From the NCBI GenBank assembly GCA_963514005.1, contig OY740793.1, positions 21,142,001 through 21,206,000 on the forward strand: a stretch of 64,000 bases of DNA, given 5' to 3'. How positions within the stretch are numbered: position 1 is the stretch's first letter; every line of letters begins with the position of its first letter. Shown in pieces: positions 22,701 to 34,589 of the stretch. The notes under the pieces are model-generated. The model did no database searches and was not told the DNA's origin. It saw nothing but the letters and a program-made list of their open reading frames with translations. The DNA is from Raja brachyura. Its lineage: Eukaryota. A program made the position numbers and the translations under genes.

Positions 22701-24880
22701 GTGTACTGACGCTCCAAAGCCATCCTTGTGATAAGGCACAAGTCGGGAATGTGATGCATTGCTCTCCACATGCTGAAGTGCAACCAGCAATGAATAACAA
22801 ATACCCGTACTGCCGATGACTGAGGAACAAATATCAAGTAAAGCTACATCAACTGCATGGCATGTAAATTGATTAGAGTTTAGACCACAGAGTTTGCAGG
22901 CACATCTCTCATATTTGTATTTTAATTTTCCAGTTGTATTGTTTCATATTATAATGGAATGGTTCAATGCTGCTCTACATTGGTTCAACTTGTGGAATAT
23001 CAGATCTGCTTAGTCCTTTATCCCTATTTCATCTGCCACCTTGACCATCTCTATATGAAGTATTTAATTATTATATTTCCTTATTTGCAATACTTTACAT
23101 CAACCTGCATTAAATTGCATTTGCCAATGTTCCACTAAAAATATGACCTCCTTATATATTGGGGAAGGAGATGCTGTTGTAACCCTTGCAAGCAAGACTT
23201 CTATCTACTGGTAAAGTGTGCCACTGGCCCTGATAGAATTTATAGCATTAATGTATCATCTTGTTTACTGAGCAATCAGAAGTACAGTCCCCTGAAATAT
23301 GAAAGTGATTTGTTTGGGAAATAGAAAATAAATATTTTATGGTAGGATTTACAGGTAGTTAAAAGGAGATTTAAACAGAAAACGTATTAAGAGTTCTTAA
23401 ACTGGTGGATGTGGGAATGACGTTCCCTCTTGTATGAAAATCCAGAACTAGGAGTCATTGTTGAAAAAAATAAGGGGCCATTTAAAAAAGAGACAAGACA
23501 AATGTTTTTCTCACTATGGTTCATGGGTCTTTAGAACTCACCTTTTCAAGTTTTGCAATTTTGCAATAGCTGAATATTTTTAAGACAGTGCAAATAAGGT
23601 TGATAAGCAAAGTTATTTGGGTGAGAAGGGAATGTAAAGCTGAGGTTACTATCAAATCAGGCATGGGACTTAGTAAGTGCCTGGGGCCATGTGACCTACT
23701 CCTTCCAATGTGTATGTTCATGTGTGACAGCAGCTTTCCAGGGACTAGGCACATCAATGGTGTTTTTCGCTGCCGACCTTCAGCAAGATTGTTCAATACA
23801 TGAGATTTTTTTTTAACCAAAGTACTGCCTCCGTATTCTAAGGATTTCATGGTGTCATATCATGCAGGATCACAAGGAAAGGCCTCAGGCAAGTATGGTA
23901 GACTGAAAGGTAAATCTAATGTGAACTTAGAGACTCTTCTTTGTGTGATTTTATGGAAGAAAGATCACTTCATGATCCTTGGGGAAAGAAGTTGCTATAA
24001 TGTCCTCCTCCACACTGTCGTTAGCAGCCTGTCACCACTGGAGGGAGTTTTATGATGCTAACATCATTCCTAGAAAAAACACATGAGGCAGAGGTAATGA
24101 ATCAATGGCAAAATCTTGGATTTGATTAAGTTTGCTGCATTTTAAAGGGCTGTCAAATAGTTGGGATAATAAAACACTTCCATAGACAGTGATAGAGTAG
24201 TTGCTGGAAAAATGGCAGCTGTAGATGATTGTGTTCAATGTTGGTAATTACATTCATGTGGCATTTCGAAACATCAAGCTACCACAGCCTTTTCGCATGT
24301 ATCCAACACTCCCCATCCACTTGGACAGCCTCTTTTGGCTTTTTACACTATCTTGATGTTTTTGTTTTCAATTGCCTATGTGAAATTGACTGCATTGACA
24401 TCTCCACTCACCCACTCCAACCTCACCCCCTCTGCATGCACAGTTCACTGATCATTTCAGATCCACCCTGGCCTCGTCATCAAACCCACAGACAAGGATG
24501 GCGCCATTGTGGTCTGGCAGACTATCCACTGCTATGAAAAGGCCAAATGGCAGCTCTCAGATATCTTCCCAAACCCACCCCTGGACCTTGACCCCACTAA
24601 CAAACACATCATTAACCTCTGGACTGTTTCAGATCTCAGTACATCAATCTTCTTCCCCAAGATCCACAAACAAGACTGCATTGATATTATTCGTGCCTGC
24701 CTTTGCCCACTGTGCCTCCTTTTTGCTTATATGCTGGCTATCCTCCCTCCCCACTCTCAGTCCTAAGGCAGTCTCCACTTGAAACATGGACTAACCCTTT
24801 GCCTCAGTAATTGCTGCCTAACTTGCTGAGTTCCTCCAACATTTTACATTTTTGCTCCAAGCTACCATTGATTTCTAATG

Positions 24881-25082
24881 TTTAAGAAAGAACTGCAGAT
24901 GCTGGGAAAAATCGAAGATAGACAAAAAAGCTGGAGAAACTCAGCGGGTGAGGCAGCATCTATGGAGTGAAGGAATAGGCGACGTTTCGGGTCGAAACCC
25001 TTCTGACTTCGACCCAAAACGTTGCCTATTCATTTACTCCATAGATGCTGCTTCACCCACTTAGTTTCTCCAGCTTTTTTGT
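24881..25082 (-). mobile_element. Penelope-derived fold-back mini-element
   Basis: Inverted pLTR arms; ~19-bp TSD CTACCATTGATTTC(T/C)AATG at 24862-24880 and 25083-25101. Confidence 0.85.
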
Positions 25083-26523
25083 CTACCATTGATTTCCAAT
25101 GCTGCTCTTACTATTTACCTTCTGTGAATTTTTCTTATATACTTTTATCTTAATACCTTCACTGCCAGATTATTGGTACTCAGTGTAAAATAAAATCCCC
25201 TCTAAATCCCCCTGCCTTTCACATTATACCAATCCCCTCTATTTTTTAAACACACACCATGAGAACAAAGGTACTACCCTCCCCATCTATCCCCTCCTCC
25301 TCTGCTCCAAGGAAACCAACCCCTGCCTGTCTATTTTCCCTTTATAATTGAAATGTTCGAATCCAGGCAACATCCTGATAAATCGCCTCTGCACTTTCTC
25401 CCGAGCAATCACATCCTTTCTATACAGTGGAAATCACAAATGTGTACTCCAGGTGTGGCGTGACCAGTATTTTATAAAGTTGTAACGCAATATATCTGCT
25501 CTTATGTTTTATGCCACGTGAAAAAGGCAAGCATTCATGGGTGTCTTCTTCACCACTCTATCCCGCTGTGCTGCCACTTTTAGGCATCTATCGACTTGTT
25601 CCTAATGACCTTATCTTTACCACACTCCCTAGGCTCCTATGCTAAAAGAATAGATCAATCCTAGCCTTATTTGACCTTTCAAAGTCCATTTCTTTCCACG
25701 TCAGGGTTCCACCCAATTTTCATAATCAATATCCTTGCCCAAATCAATATCATCCTAAAATAATCTTCCTCATCTTCTACGACACCTCAATTTTTTTATG
25801 TCACCTACATATTTACTAATTGTCCTGCCAGCATTCCTGAAGTTCAATGGAAGGGATTTCAAGTGGCAAGTGATGTCCTGGTGAAATCTCCATAGCCCAA
25901 TGATCTCAGCAAGCAGCTTTTTCTCAATTCTCACATAATGTATCATTGCATCTGTCAGAGCTTCTTATCAACTTATCTTATTGCAAGATCATTGCTGTAA
26001 GATGCATTTCTGAAACATCTGCCTGCAGTGTCGGCTCCCTCGTGTCATAAAAAATATCTTAACATATCTTAATATCTTAAATATCTTAACATCCGTTGTG
26101 ATCACCTCCTTCATTCATTCGATCACTTGCTCTTCAGCATGCAATCTACAGCAAGATACATCCTTTTTGGTCAGCTGTCAGAGTGACTCACCCATCTTAG
26201 TAACTTTATCACAATGGTTGCATATTGTACTCCTGCAATATCGGTTACTTACCATCTCCTTCACTACATTCACTTGGTTTGGTCTATTTCCAGATCATCG
26301 TTTGGCGATCAACTGTCCTTTGAATAAACTGTTTTCATTTTGAACATCAAATTTTACTTTGTCTTCAGTTGCTCATCCCCAAAATGACTCATCGTGACAG
26401 TTTGCTTTTATTATGTCTGATTTTCTTCAGATTTTATAATTTTATATTCACCATTTCACAAATATACAAAAAAAAACATTGGAAGACCCAACAAACTTAC
26501 TTCAATAACATTTCGAAATAATT

Positions 26524-26682
26524 GAGCTCGATAGGGCTCTTAAAAATAGCGGAGTCAGGGGATATGGGGAGAAGGCAGGAACGGGGTACTGATTGGGGAT
26601 GATCAGCCATGATCACGTTGAATGGCGGTGCTGGCTTGAACGGCCGAATGGCCTACTCCTGCACCTATTGTCTATTGTCTAT
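26524..26682 (+). mobile_element. CR1 3' end (5'-truncated)
   Basis: Near-identical to 37775-37927; tail CTATTGTCTATTGTCTAT. Confidence 0.85.
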
Positions 26683-28093
26683 AATTCAGATTTTTTGTAA
26701 GATTAATCTCATTCTCCAACCATATAAGAACCTCTACTCTACTACACAAGATCAATAATGTATTACTACTTTTGCTCAACTGAAATTCCTAATAGCAATT
26801 ATGTTTAAGACCGACCTTAAGGATCATTCACAGCATGAGCTGAATGCCTGGAAACATTATCCAGTTTCTTTCAAAATTATAAAGTGAAGCCACTTGTAGC
26901 CACTCTGAATAACATTGTTACATAGCTCTTGATAAACAATCTAGTGATGAAGGATTCATTCTGAGAATATCTAATTTTGAGAAGTACAGTTTCTATATTA
27001 CTATTTTGGAAGGTCGTGTTAGCCTCAAACAATCAACAAACACTTCACAGATAATTTTTTTCCCCATTCATTTTATATCAGGTAAGATAAGGATCTAATT
27101 TCAATATTGTGCTCAGTGCAAATATAGGCCATAATGATGGAATGACAAAGTACAGCTCAGCTTCAGTTTTATACTGTCTTTGACCTAGCAAGCATTTGGC
27201 CTGATTAGACATGTAGAGTCAATGGTCTTATTCCGGCAGTAGAATTTCAGAGAATGGAAATAGCTCCATACAGTAGCATCCAATTGTTGTGCATCAGATT
27301 TCTTAAACAGGCCACCAGATTTCATTTTTGCTTTGGTGAAATGGCAGACAAAAAGTATTTTTATTGATTTTACGCCACTTAAGACTGATTATTTTATATT
27401 CCTAAAGCAGACAAGTCAAATGCAAATTAAAATACCATGCTATAAGCAGATAAAGAAATAACCGGATCAGGTGTTCTAAAATACAAAGGTCTAAACTAAC
27501 AATCTAAATAAATATCACAAGATATGAATCCAAATATAGTTTGAAATATGTATCAAAATATGGTGCAAAATTTAACACAAAACTTAATTAAAATATTTTA
27601 GGCATTGCTGTAACCTTGAAACACTGCATTTAATATTACACCATTAACAGAAAAAATATTCTCAAAGGGTGAAATAGAAAAATTAATAGTTTCCCCTAAA
27701 AAAGCGTAATGACTGAAGATTTATGCTTTCATTCAATTTCATTTGCATTTTCTTCCAGCCTTTTCATATTTTGGATTTCATGTCAATTGGGCAAAGCAGG
27801 CCAGAAATGCAATGAATTGGTTCAAATGTAGACTGGCGTAGGACGCAAGTGTCACATAGGACTCCCATTGCCACTGATTCCCTTTACACAGCTGCACAGT
27901 GTATTGTCTGGTTATAACAGTCACTGGCCCGCCTAAGTTAGCAAGGTGGGTTTGGGCAGTCATCGTTTCAATGCGGATATCAGTTCTGCCCAAAATCTAT
28001 CACTATGCTTTGGCAGAGACTCTGAACCAATAATATAATTCTATCTGAATGGATCACTGAATTAAAATAGAAGTGAAACCCTTGACACTCTAA

Positions 28094-28697
28094 AGCCCCT
28101 GTCCCATTTTCACGACCTAATTGGCGAACTCTGCCGAGTTTGCCCTTGACTCATACTCGCAGCATGGTCGCCACGAGGCCGATGGAGGTCATTGGAGGTC
28201 TTCGTAACTCTTCTTCATGCTTGTGAGTGGTCTCCGCGTGCTCGTGGCCTCAAGTAGGTCACAGGGTTTTTTCCAGCCTGATAGCAAATGTCTACAAGTA
28301 AAGATGGGGTCGGCATGGAAAAAATTGATACTTTTAACTCGTAGGTAGGTCGTAGGTAGGTCATAGTAGGTTGTGATGGTAGTCGTAGGTAGTCGTAGAT
28401 ATTCGTAGGTAGTCGTCGGTCGGTAACAGGCCCGAGAAAAAAATGCAAACATGACATCATTTTATCATGTGATCATTTCCACTCGTAGCTAGTCGTAGGT
28501 GATCTTAGGTGTGGAAGACTGAGGTCAAGGGGGGTCGTAGGAGGTCGTAGACATAGTCGTAGGAGGTCGTAGACATAGTCGTAGGAGGTGGTAGGAGGTC
28601 TTTTACTTCGGCGAATCAACACAACCTTGACATTTTTTTCAACTTGTCTAGGTTCTTCTAAACTCGTGGATTAGGTCGTCCAAGTGGGACAGGCCCT
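28094..28697. mobile_element. PIF/Harbinger-type MITE immediately downstream of the P2RY4 stop
   Basis: TIRs AGCCCCTGTCCCA ... TGGGACAGGCCCT; TAA TSD (28091-93, 28698-700); GTCGTAG repeats. Confidence 0.85.
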
Positions 28698-28713
28698 TAA
28701 CTCAAACATATTC

Positions 28714-29856
28714 CTAGTCCAAGGTGACAGAATAGACAGAGGCACTTCTGACCACTGATTCCTTGTGTATTTTGCGCTCACGCATTTTGTTTGATACTGA
28801 TCGTTGAACGCGAGCTTTCCTTCTCCATGTAGCATGCACAAATTTTCCTCGATAATTGTCTCCAGCCAGGAAGTACAAAATAGGGTCAATGCAGCTGTTG
28901 ATGCTGGCTAGTGGTCTTGTGATTTTATATGTGAAGTTCACAATGTTAAGTGCATGGCAGTTCTTCTTCAGTACCCGGAAGGTGTAATACATTGTTCTTG
29001 TGATGTGGAAAGGTACAAAACACAGAAAAAAGACCAGCAACACGATGATGATAAGTTTAATGGCCTTGTTCTTGACAATGGATGGGGCTGTGCTGTAGTT
29101 GGATCCATGTGCTTTGCTCAACTTTCTGGTCATTAAGCTGTAACAGACAGTAATGGTGAAGAAGGGAATAACGAAAAGAATCACCATAATGGCAGAACTG
29201 TACAAGACGTACCGTGGAAAATCCTCCCTGCGGGTTGTGTCATGACAGAGTATGTCATCACCTCGCTTGCTTGTTGTGACAAACAGTAAATTGGGGATGA
29301 GGCAGATGATGACAGATATCCAGACCAGCATACTCACAATCCAGGCACGTTTTGCTTTCATCCACATGAGTGATTGAATGGGGTAGCACACACCCAGGTA
29401 CCTGTGGACACTGATGCAGGTAAGAAAAAGGATGCTGGAGTACAGATTGGCATAAAAGAGGAAGCGGGTTAATTTACAAAGGACTACACCAAATGGCCAA
29501 TCGTTACGGTTGGCATAGTAATATGTAAGGAGTGGCAGAGATAACACATAAAGAAGATCTGAAATGGCCAGGTTAAACATGTAGATTATACTGGCAGTCC
29601 ATGGCCTCATCTTACACACAAACATCCAAAGTGCTGTTGTATTGAGAACTAGGCCCAGCACGCACACTGTTCCATAGGACATTGGCAATAAGATGAATTT
29701 GAACTCCTCATTAAAATGACAACTGTCATTTTTACCACCAGAGCCACTAGCATTACCAGACGCAGTTTGCAGAGACTCATATTCAGGAGGTCTTGTGATT
29801 GAGGTTGTTGAATCAGTAGAGCGCAGATGATAGTTCAGAAGTATTCCCCCTGCCAT
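28714..29856 (-). CDS. P2RY4: P2Y purinoceptor 4-like class A GPCR (380 aa, single coding exon)
   Basis: Intact 7-TM ORF with P2Y2/4 motifs: CHFNEEFKFILLP, SVHRYLGVC (HRY in place of DRY), LCHDTTRREDF, CFVPFHITRT, KITRPLASINSCIDPILYFLAGD. PNLLFVTTS, HDTTR and LNIVN match P2RY4 better than P2RY2 (recalled sequences). Confidence 0.92.
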   Translation of the reverse strand: MAGGILLNYHLRSTDSTTSITRPPEYESLQTASGNASGSGGKNDSCHFNEEFKFILLPMSYGTVCVLGLVLNTTALWMFVCKMRPWTASIIYMFNLAISDLLYVLSLPLLTYYYANRNDWPFGVVLCKLTRFLFYANLYSSILFLTCISVHRYLGVCYPIQSLMWMKAKRAWIVSMLVWISVIICLIPNLLFVTTSKRGDDILCHDTTRREDFPRYVLYSSAIMVILFVIPFFTITVCYSLMTRKLSKAHGSNYSTAPSIVKNKAIKLIIIVLLVFFLCFVPFHITRTMYYTFRVLKKNCHALNIVNFTYKITRPLASINSCIDPILYFLAGDNYRGKFVHATWRRKARVQRSVSNKMRERKIHKESVVRSASVYSVTLD

Positions 29857-29884
29857 TCAAAACTCTTCAACGTTAAAGACAAAC

Positions 29885-29900
29885 CTGGAATAAAGAACAA
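29885..29900 (-). promoter_or_regulatory. Splice acceptor of the P2RY4 coding exon (exon starts 29884, 28 nt before ATG)
   Basis: Minus strand TTGTTCTTTATTCCAG|GTTT: pyrimidine tract plus AG. P2Y genes typically have upstream non-coding exons. Confidence 0.65.
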
Positions 29901-31329
29901 GCAATGCTCAGAAATCCCTTACATGGAATATAATAGTATCAAATTCCATATGGATCTTGCAGTAGAAATAAGTGCACCCCATATACTAAGAGGTTTTAAA
30001 ACTCAATCTTATAGCAGATCGAGGTGTTTGGCATATATGGAAATGCTGTTGGTAAGAGTTGCTATATCTAACTTAATTCATACATGTGTGTTGGGTCACA
30101 ATTTAAATTAGTGGTTGATTATAGAAGACTGGCTATGATACTAGTGGGAGCTGTCTGGCACACTCGCTGGCATACACAATGGCAAATTTCATGTCATGAG
30201 GAACTGGGTGTATCTAGGGATTCATTGCAATTGTAGGCAGATCTGAGACTGCAACTGTGATGAACAGCCAGTTGGTAGAGAAGTCAGACTGCAAGAAAGT
30301 TACGTGCGGACAGCCAGCCCTCTCTTGGGCCCAATGTGGCGTACGGCTTCAAAATGAGTGAAAGACTTCAACAGGGTATTCCACACTTGACCCATCTGAT
30401 GCATCCAATGTGGAGGTGAGGAGAGTGGAGAGTGAGATATAATCCTACTTATTTTCTCCTTCAGATTCCTTGAAAATCTAAATACATCTTGTGTGATTAG
30501 AAACTCTGGAGGAATATTCGCCTTCTGTTGGGTGAGAATACTGTAAGATATCCCTTCAATTTTTTTTATTGGTGTCAGATGTTTTAAGCACATTTTCAGA
30601 TTTTTTATTGCTTTGAGATCACAGATATGGTCCATTATTTCTTATGTCTGATTCACCAAAAACAAATATTTTCTGTAACTTAGTTAGTTACTATGGTGTC
30701 ATTTGCTTGGCACACCCAATTGCTTTTCAAGCAGAGTGTCTCAAAGATTAAGGTTATGTGGCATAATGGAAATATACATGTGATGATCGTTTTCTTCTAT
30801 AGTACTCCATACCTCAAATAGACAAGGAACAAATAAAGGTACTGTGAGAATGAAATGCAGAGCCATACGTTTGTGTGACAGATGTTGATTAGGACTAAAG
30901 CAGCATTAAGATAATCAATGAAGTGTGACATATTTATAGTTTTGCATCCAAAGACACATAAGTGATAAATCCTGCAAGCAAATGAAATCCACTCTGTCAA
31001 TATTGTATTAGAGTTTTGCTCTCAAAAGGATATGGGCATGGCCAGCAATACCAATATTTAATCCTGGGCTCAACGTTCCCACGAGAGAGTAGTGATAAAC
31101 TGACATCTTACATCATACCAGTCCCTTTGTATTTTGCAACAGGATGGTGTAAAACTAACGCAGGTGTTAGTGAACTGTACTAAAAAATGTCAGGTAGAGT
31201 TTAATCGTCACAAGTGTGCGGTGACGCAGTTTGGGAACCCTAATGAGGCTAGGACATACATCATGAAGGGTCTTTGAGCAGAGAAAATAATTACAATTTG
31301 TGAAAGAACCATTGTTCTATTATTTTATC

Positions 31330-31812
31330 ATGTGAACAAAGCACTTGTATTCACTCCAAAGCGCAAACATTTCTCCCACCATTTCCGACTACCCCGTCAC
31401 CCTGTTCCTTTCCTCTCCTCCAAATGGTCATCCCCACAACTCCCTCCTCTGTCCCATATTTGCATTTAATCCTTCCTTTTTTCCTCTTCCCCATCCCCTT
31501 TCACCCATATCTCTCCCTGCAGCTTCACATTTCACTCCTCTTCTTCTGTCGTTAACAAACACATTTTGTGTCCTTTTCCTCGCTGGAGTTGCTATTACCT
31601 CCACTCATCCATCTATCAGCCACCCTCACCTGTCACTTGGCAGGCTTTGCTCCACCCCTAACTCTCTTTTTCAGCTTTCTCCCCTCTAGTCCATCAGTCT
31701 AAAAAAAAGGTCTCAACCCAAAATGTAATCTTTCCGTTACATCCACAGATGCTGGCTACCCTGCTGAATTCCTCCAGTACTTTATTTTTTGCTCATTTCC
31801 AGCATCTGCAAC
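31330..31812 (+). mobile_element. Older Penelope 3'/pLTR fragment
   Basis: Pyrimidine-rich pLTR followed by CAGTCTAAAAAAAAGGTCTCAACCCAAAATG..CAGATGCTG..CAGCATCTGCA. Confidence 0.65.
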
Positions 31813-31903
31813 AGTCTGACACCATTATTAACGTGCAAAATTGTCAACGTTTAAGGTGAGAAAGTCATGTACCATAAATTGAAAAGAATCACACTTTATT
31901 ATC

Positions 31904-32078
31904 TAAGGAGCGAAGGAGATAGGCGACGTTTCGGGTCGAGACCCTTCTTCCAGGAAGAAGGGTCTCGACCCGAAACGTCGCCTATCTCCTTCGCTCCTTA
32001 GATGCTGCTGCACCCGCTGAGTTTCTCCAGCTTTTTGTGTAACTCTCGATTCTCCAGCATCTGCAGTTCCTTCTTTAA
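31904..32078 (+). mobile_element. Penelope-derived fold-back mini-element
   Basis: Perfect 51-bp inverted arms 31901-31951 / 31953-32003; TSD CACACTTTATTATC at 31890-31903 and 32079-32092. Confidence 0.88.
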
Positions 32079-33154
32079 CACACTTTATTATCGATTTGCT
32101 ATTCTACAACTGGCTTCAGAAACATGATCTCACCTTTAACTTTGCCATGACTTTAATTGAATTACTTCATTACTACGTTAATTTTCAATCACATTCACCA
32201 AAAAGACGTAATAAAAATCTTATTTTAATAAAAAGGTATTTTTTTATGGTCAGCCAATTGAAGTACTTTGCCCAGAAAGTGAATAATAAAAAATGTGGAG
32301 TCACCATTCTTCAATTTATGAATTGGTGTTCGAGGTTTTAAAACTTATATATTTAATTTTTTTCATACTGTTTCCTTATTTTTTTCTCTTCTCACTCTTA
32401 GTCCAATCTTTCTTTTCTTCACATTATTTTTCATTCACTACTCCATTCACCCATACTAGCGTACTCCTCTCTTAATTTGCTTACTTTACAACTTTATTAG
32501 ACATATCTTATTTATTGTATTATTCAGGAAAGTCATCCATGCCCTGTCATTCTGGTTGTCTCATTATCAATTTTCACTTCCAACAACTTTGAGGACAAAA
32601 TATTAAAACCTAAGCATGTGAAAACATATTTAACTTCAAGAGCATTCTGAGTGATGCCCAATCCCTGCAAAATATGAGCCATTGTCTGCTGTTTTAATTG
32701 TTAGATGGGTGAGTAGAACATTACCTGTGAAAGGTAGAAAGGTGTTCAACTGACGGTTTAAATTGTGCAGAATACGAACATGTACGGAAATCAGTTAATA
32801 TTATGCTTAGCCTTGAAATGAGTGTCAAAGTTAATGTATCTCATAACTAAATAAGAAAAAAAATCCAGTTAGGTCTGAGTCCTGCACCACATGATAAGGC
32901 ATGTGCTGCATAAGGGCTGTAAAATGCTCATACACTGTATGTTGTGAATTTTATTGGTATAATTGAGGAGGGGGAGTGTATGTTTATAAAATATATTACT
33001 CTTAGGCATAAAACTTTGGACAAATTAATTGTTTGTAAATATTAATCCAAAGCAAGGTAAATAAGACTGCATGAGAGCCACCTGTTAACTGAATATTGTA
33101 AAATCCTCACCGCCAGCATCTCATGTACTAGGAGTCCATTAATTAAAAACCTAC

Positions 33155-33371
33155 CCGTGGCCATTGCGTATGAATTTACAGAGGCCAATTAATCTACAAA
33201 CCCGCACACCTTTGGAATGTGGGAGGAAATTGGAGCACCTGGAGGAAACCCATACAGACACAGAGAGAAGATGCAAACTTCCACCTAGACACCTCGAGAG
33301 GTTGGGTTCAAACCCAGGACTCTGGCATTGTGAGGCAGCATTCTCTATCAGCTGTGCCATTGTGCTGCCCA
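33155..33371 (-). mobile_element. HE1/V-SINE-like SINE
   Basis: Minus strand GGGCAGCACAATGGCACAGC..GGGTTTGAACCC..TTCCTCCCACATTCCAAAGG. Confidence 0.75.
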
Positions 33372-33679
33372 TTATTATTTTGAATATGAAACTGAATTCT
33401 CAGATAACTTGCTTCCCTGTTTGTAGCAACACTAGCTAGTTCTGATTCATTTATTTTAATATTAATTCAGTTCTCAATCTCCATTTACAATGCCTCATCT
33501 AATAGGCAATTTGTATATCTTAACATGTATTTCACAGCTTTTACAAGACTTTTTGTTTCTTTTTTCTTTCTCGTTAATCTCACAAACAAATGGCTTTGTC
33601 GGCAATTTATCACCACAAGAAATTCATTTTATTTCATTCATCCCCAACTCACGCCCCTGCCTTCACTATAACAAAATTA

Positions 33680-33967
33680 GGTGGCCCAGTGGTGCAGCAG
33701 TAGAGCTGCTGCCTTACAGCACCAAAGACCTGGGTTTGATCCTGACTACGGGTGCTGTCTGTATGGAGGTTTTTTCGCTCTGTGACCGCGTGGGTTTTCT
33801 CCCGGTAGTCCGGTTTCCTCCCACGCTCCAAAGACGTACAAGTTTGTAAGTTAATTAGCTTCTGCAAATTGTCCCTAGTGTGTAGCATAGAACTAGCGTA
33901 TGGGTGACTGTAGTCGGCATGGACTCAGTGGGCCGAAGGGCCTGTTTCCACACTGTATCTCTTAAAC
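33680..33967 (+). mobile_element. HE1/V-SINE-like SINE
   Basis: A box AGTGGTGCAGCAG, B-box-like GGTTTGATCC, V domain, tail GGGCCGAAGGGCCTGTTTCCACACTGTATCTC. Confidence 0.85.
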
Positions 33968-34589
33968 TTGTTTTTTTTCTTTCCCTGTTGTGGCAACAGA
34001 TCTCTAACCTTACACATGCTTCTCTTTCCACGGATAATGTCTGCTGAGGGTTTCCAAATTTTGTTGATTTTTATTCTGACTTTCAGCACATGCTGGTTTT
34101 TAATCTTCATTTCTAATCAATCATTGATGGACAAGGCTTTTGCCTAAGCCTACAAACTGACTCATGGATAAACAGTTTTATTTCATTGGATACAATTCAA
34201 TAGATCTATGAACATTATGTTTCCTGTCGTAACTTAGGTAGAGTTCAGCTATTGTAAATGTCTATAAAATGTCTGCACCACACCCTCAAATTCCTTTTTT
34301 GCAAGAGCATTCAGAACTTTATAATAATTAAACACAGCCCTATTATTGCGAAATTGTTTTCTGCATATGTATTGTTGCTGTAATGATGCCAGCTTTCTGA
34401 TTCCTAATCTACTTTTTGAATCTACTTTTTAATGTTAACTGAGTGAGAAAGATATGTATTGGTGCAAGCCAGATTTGCCTCCATAAGACCCTCATGGGTT
34501 ACTGATATATCCAACTGTCAAAAGTGAAATCAGTGCCAAATGATTATTGCAATTATTATGCAACTTCCTTGAATCCCTTCCTTGTGACT

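Noticed and set aside
32715-32990. P2RY4 upstream exon donor (CAG|GTAATG at 32725, -) and TATA-like motif
   Set aside because: Plausible, but indistinguishable from background in AT-rich DNA without transcript data.
33680-33760. tRNA-like A/B boxes
   Set aside because: Head of an HE1/V-SINE; no complete cloverleaf.
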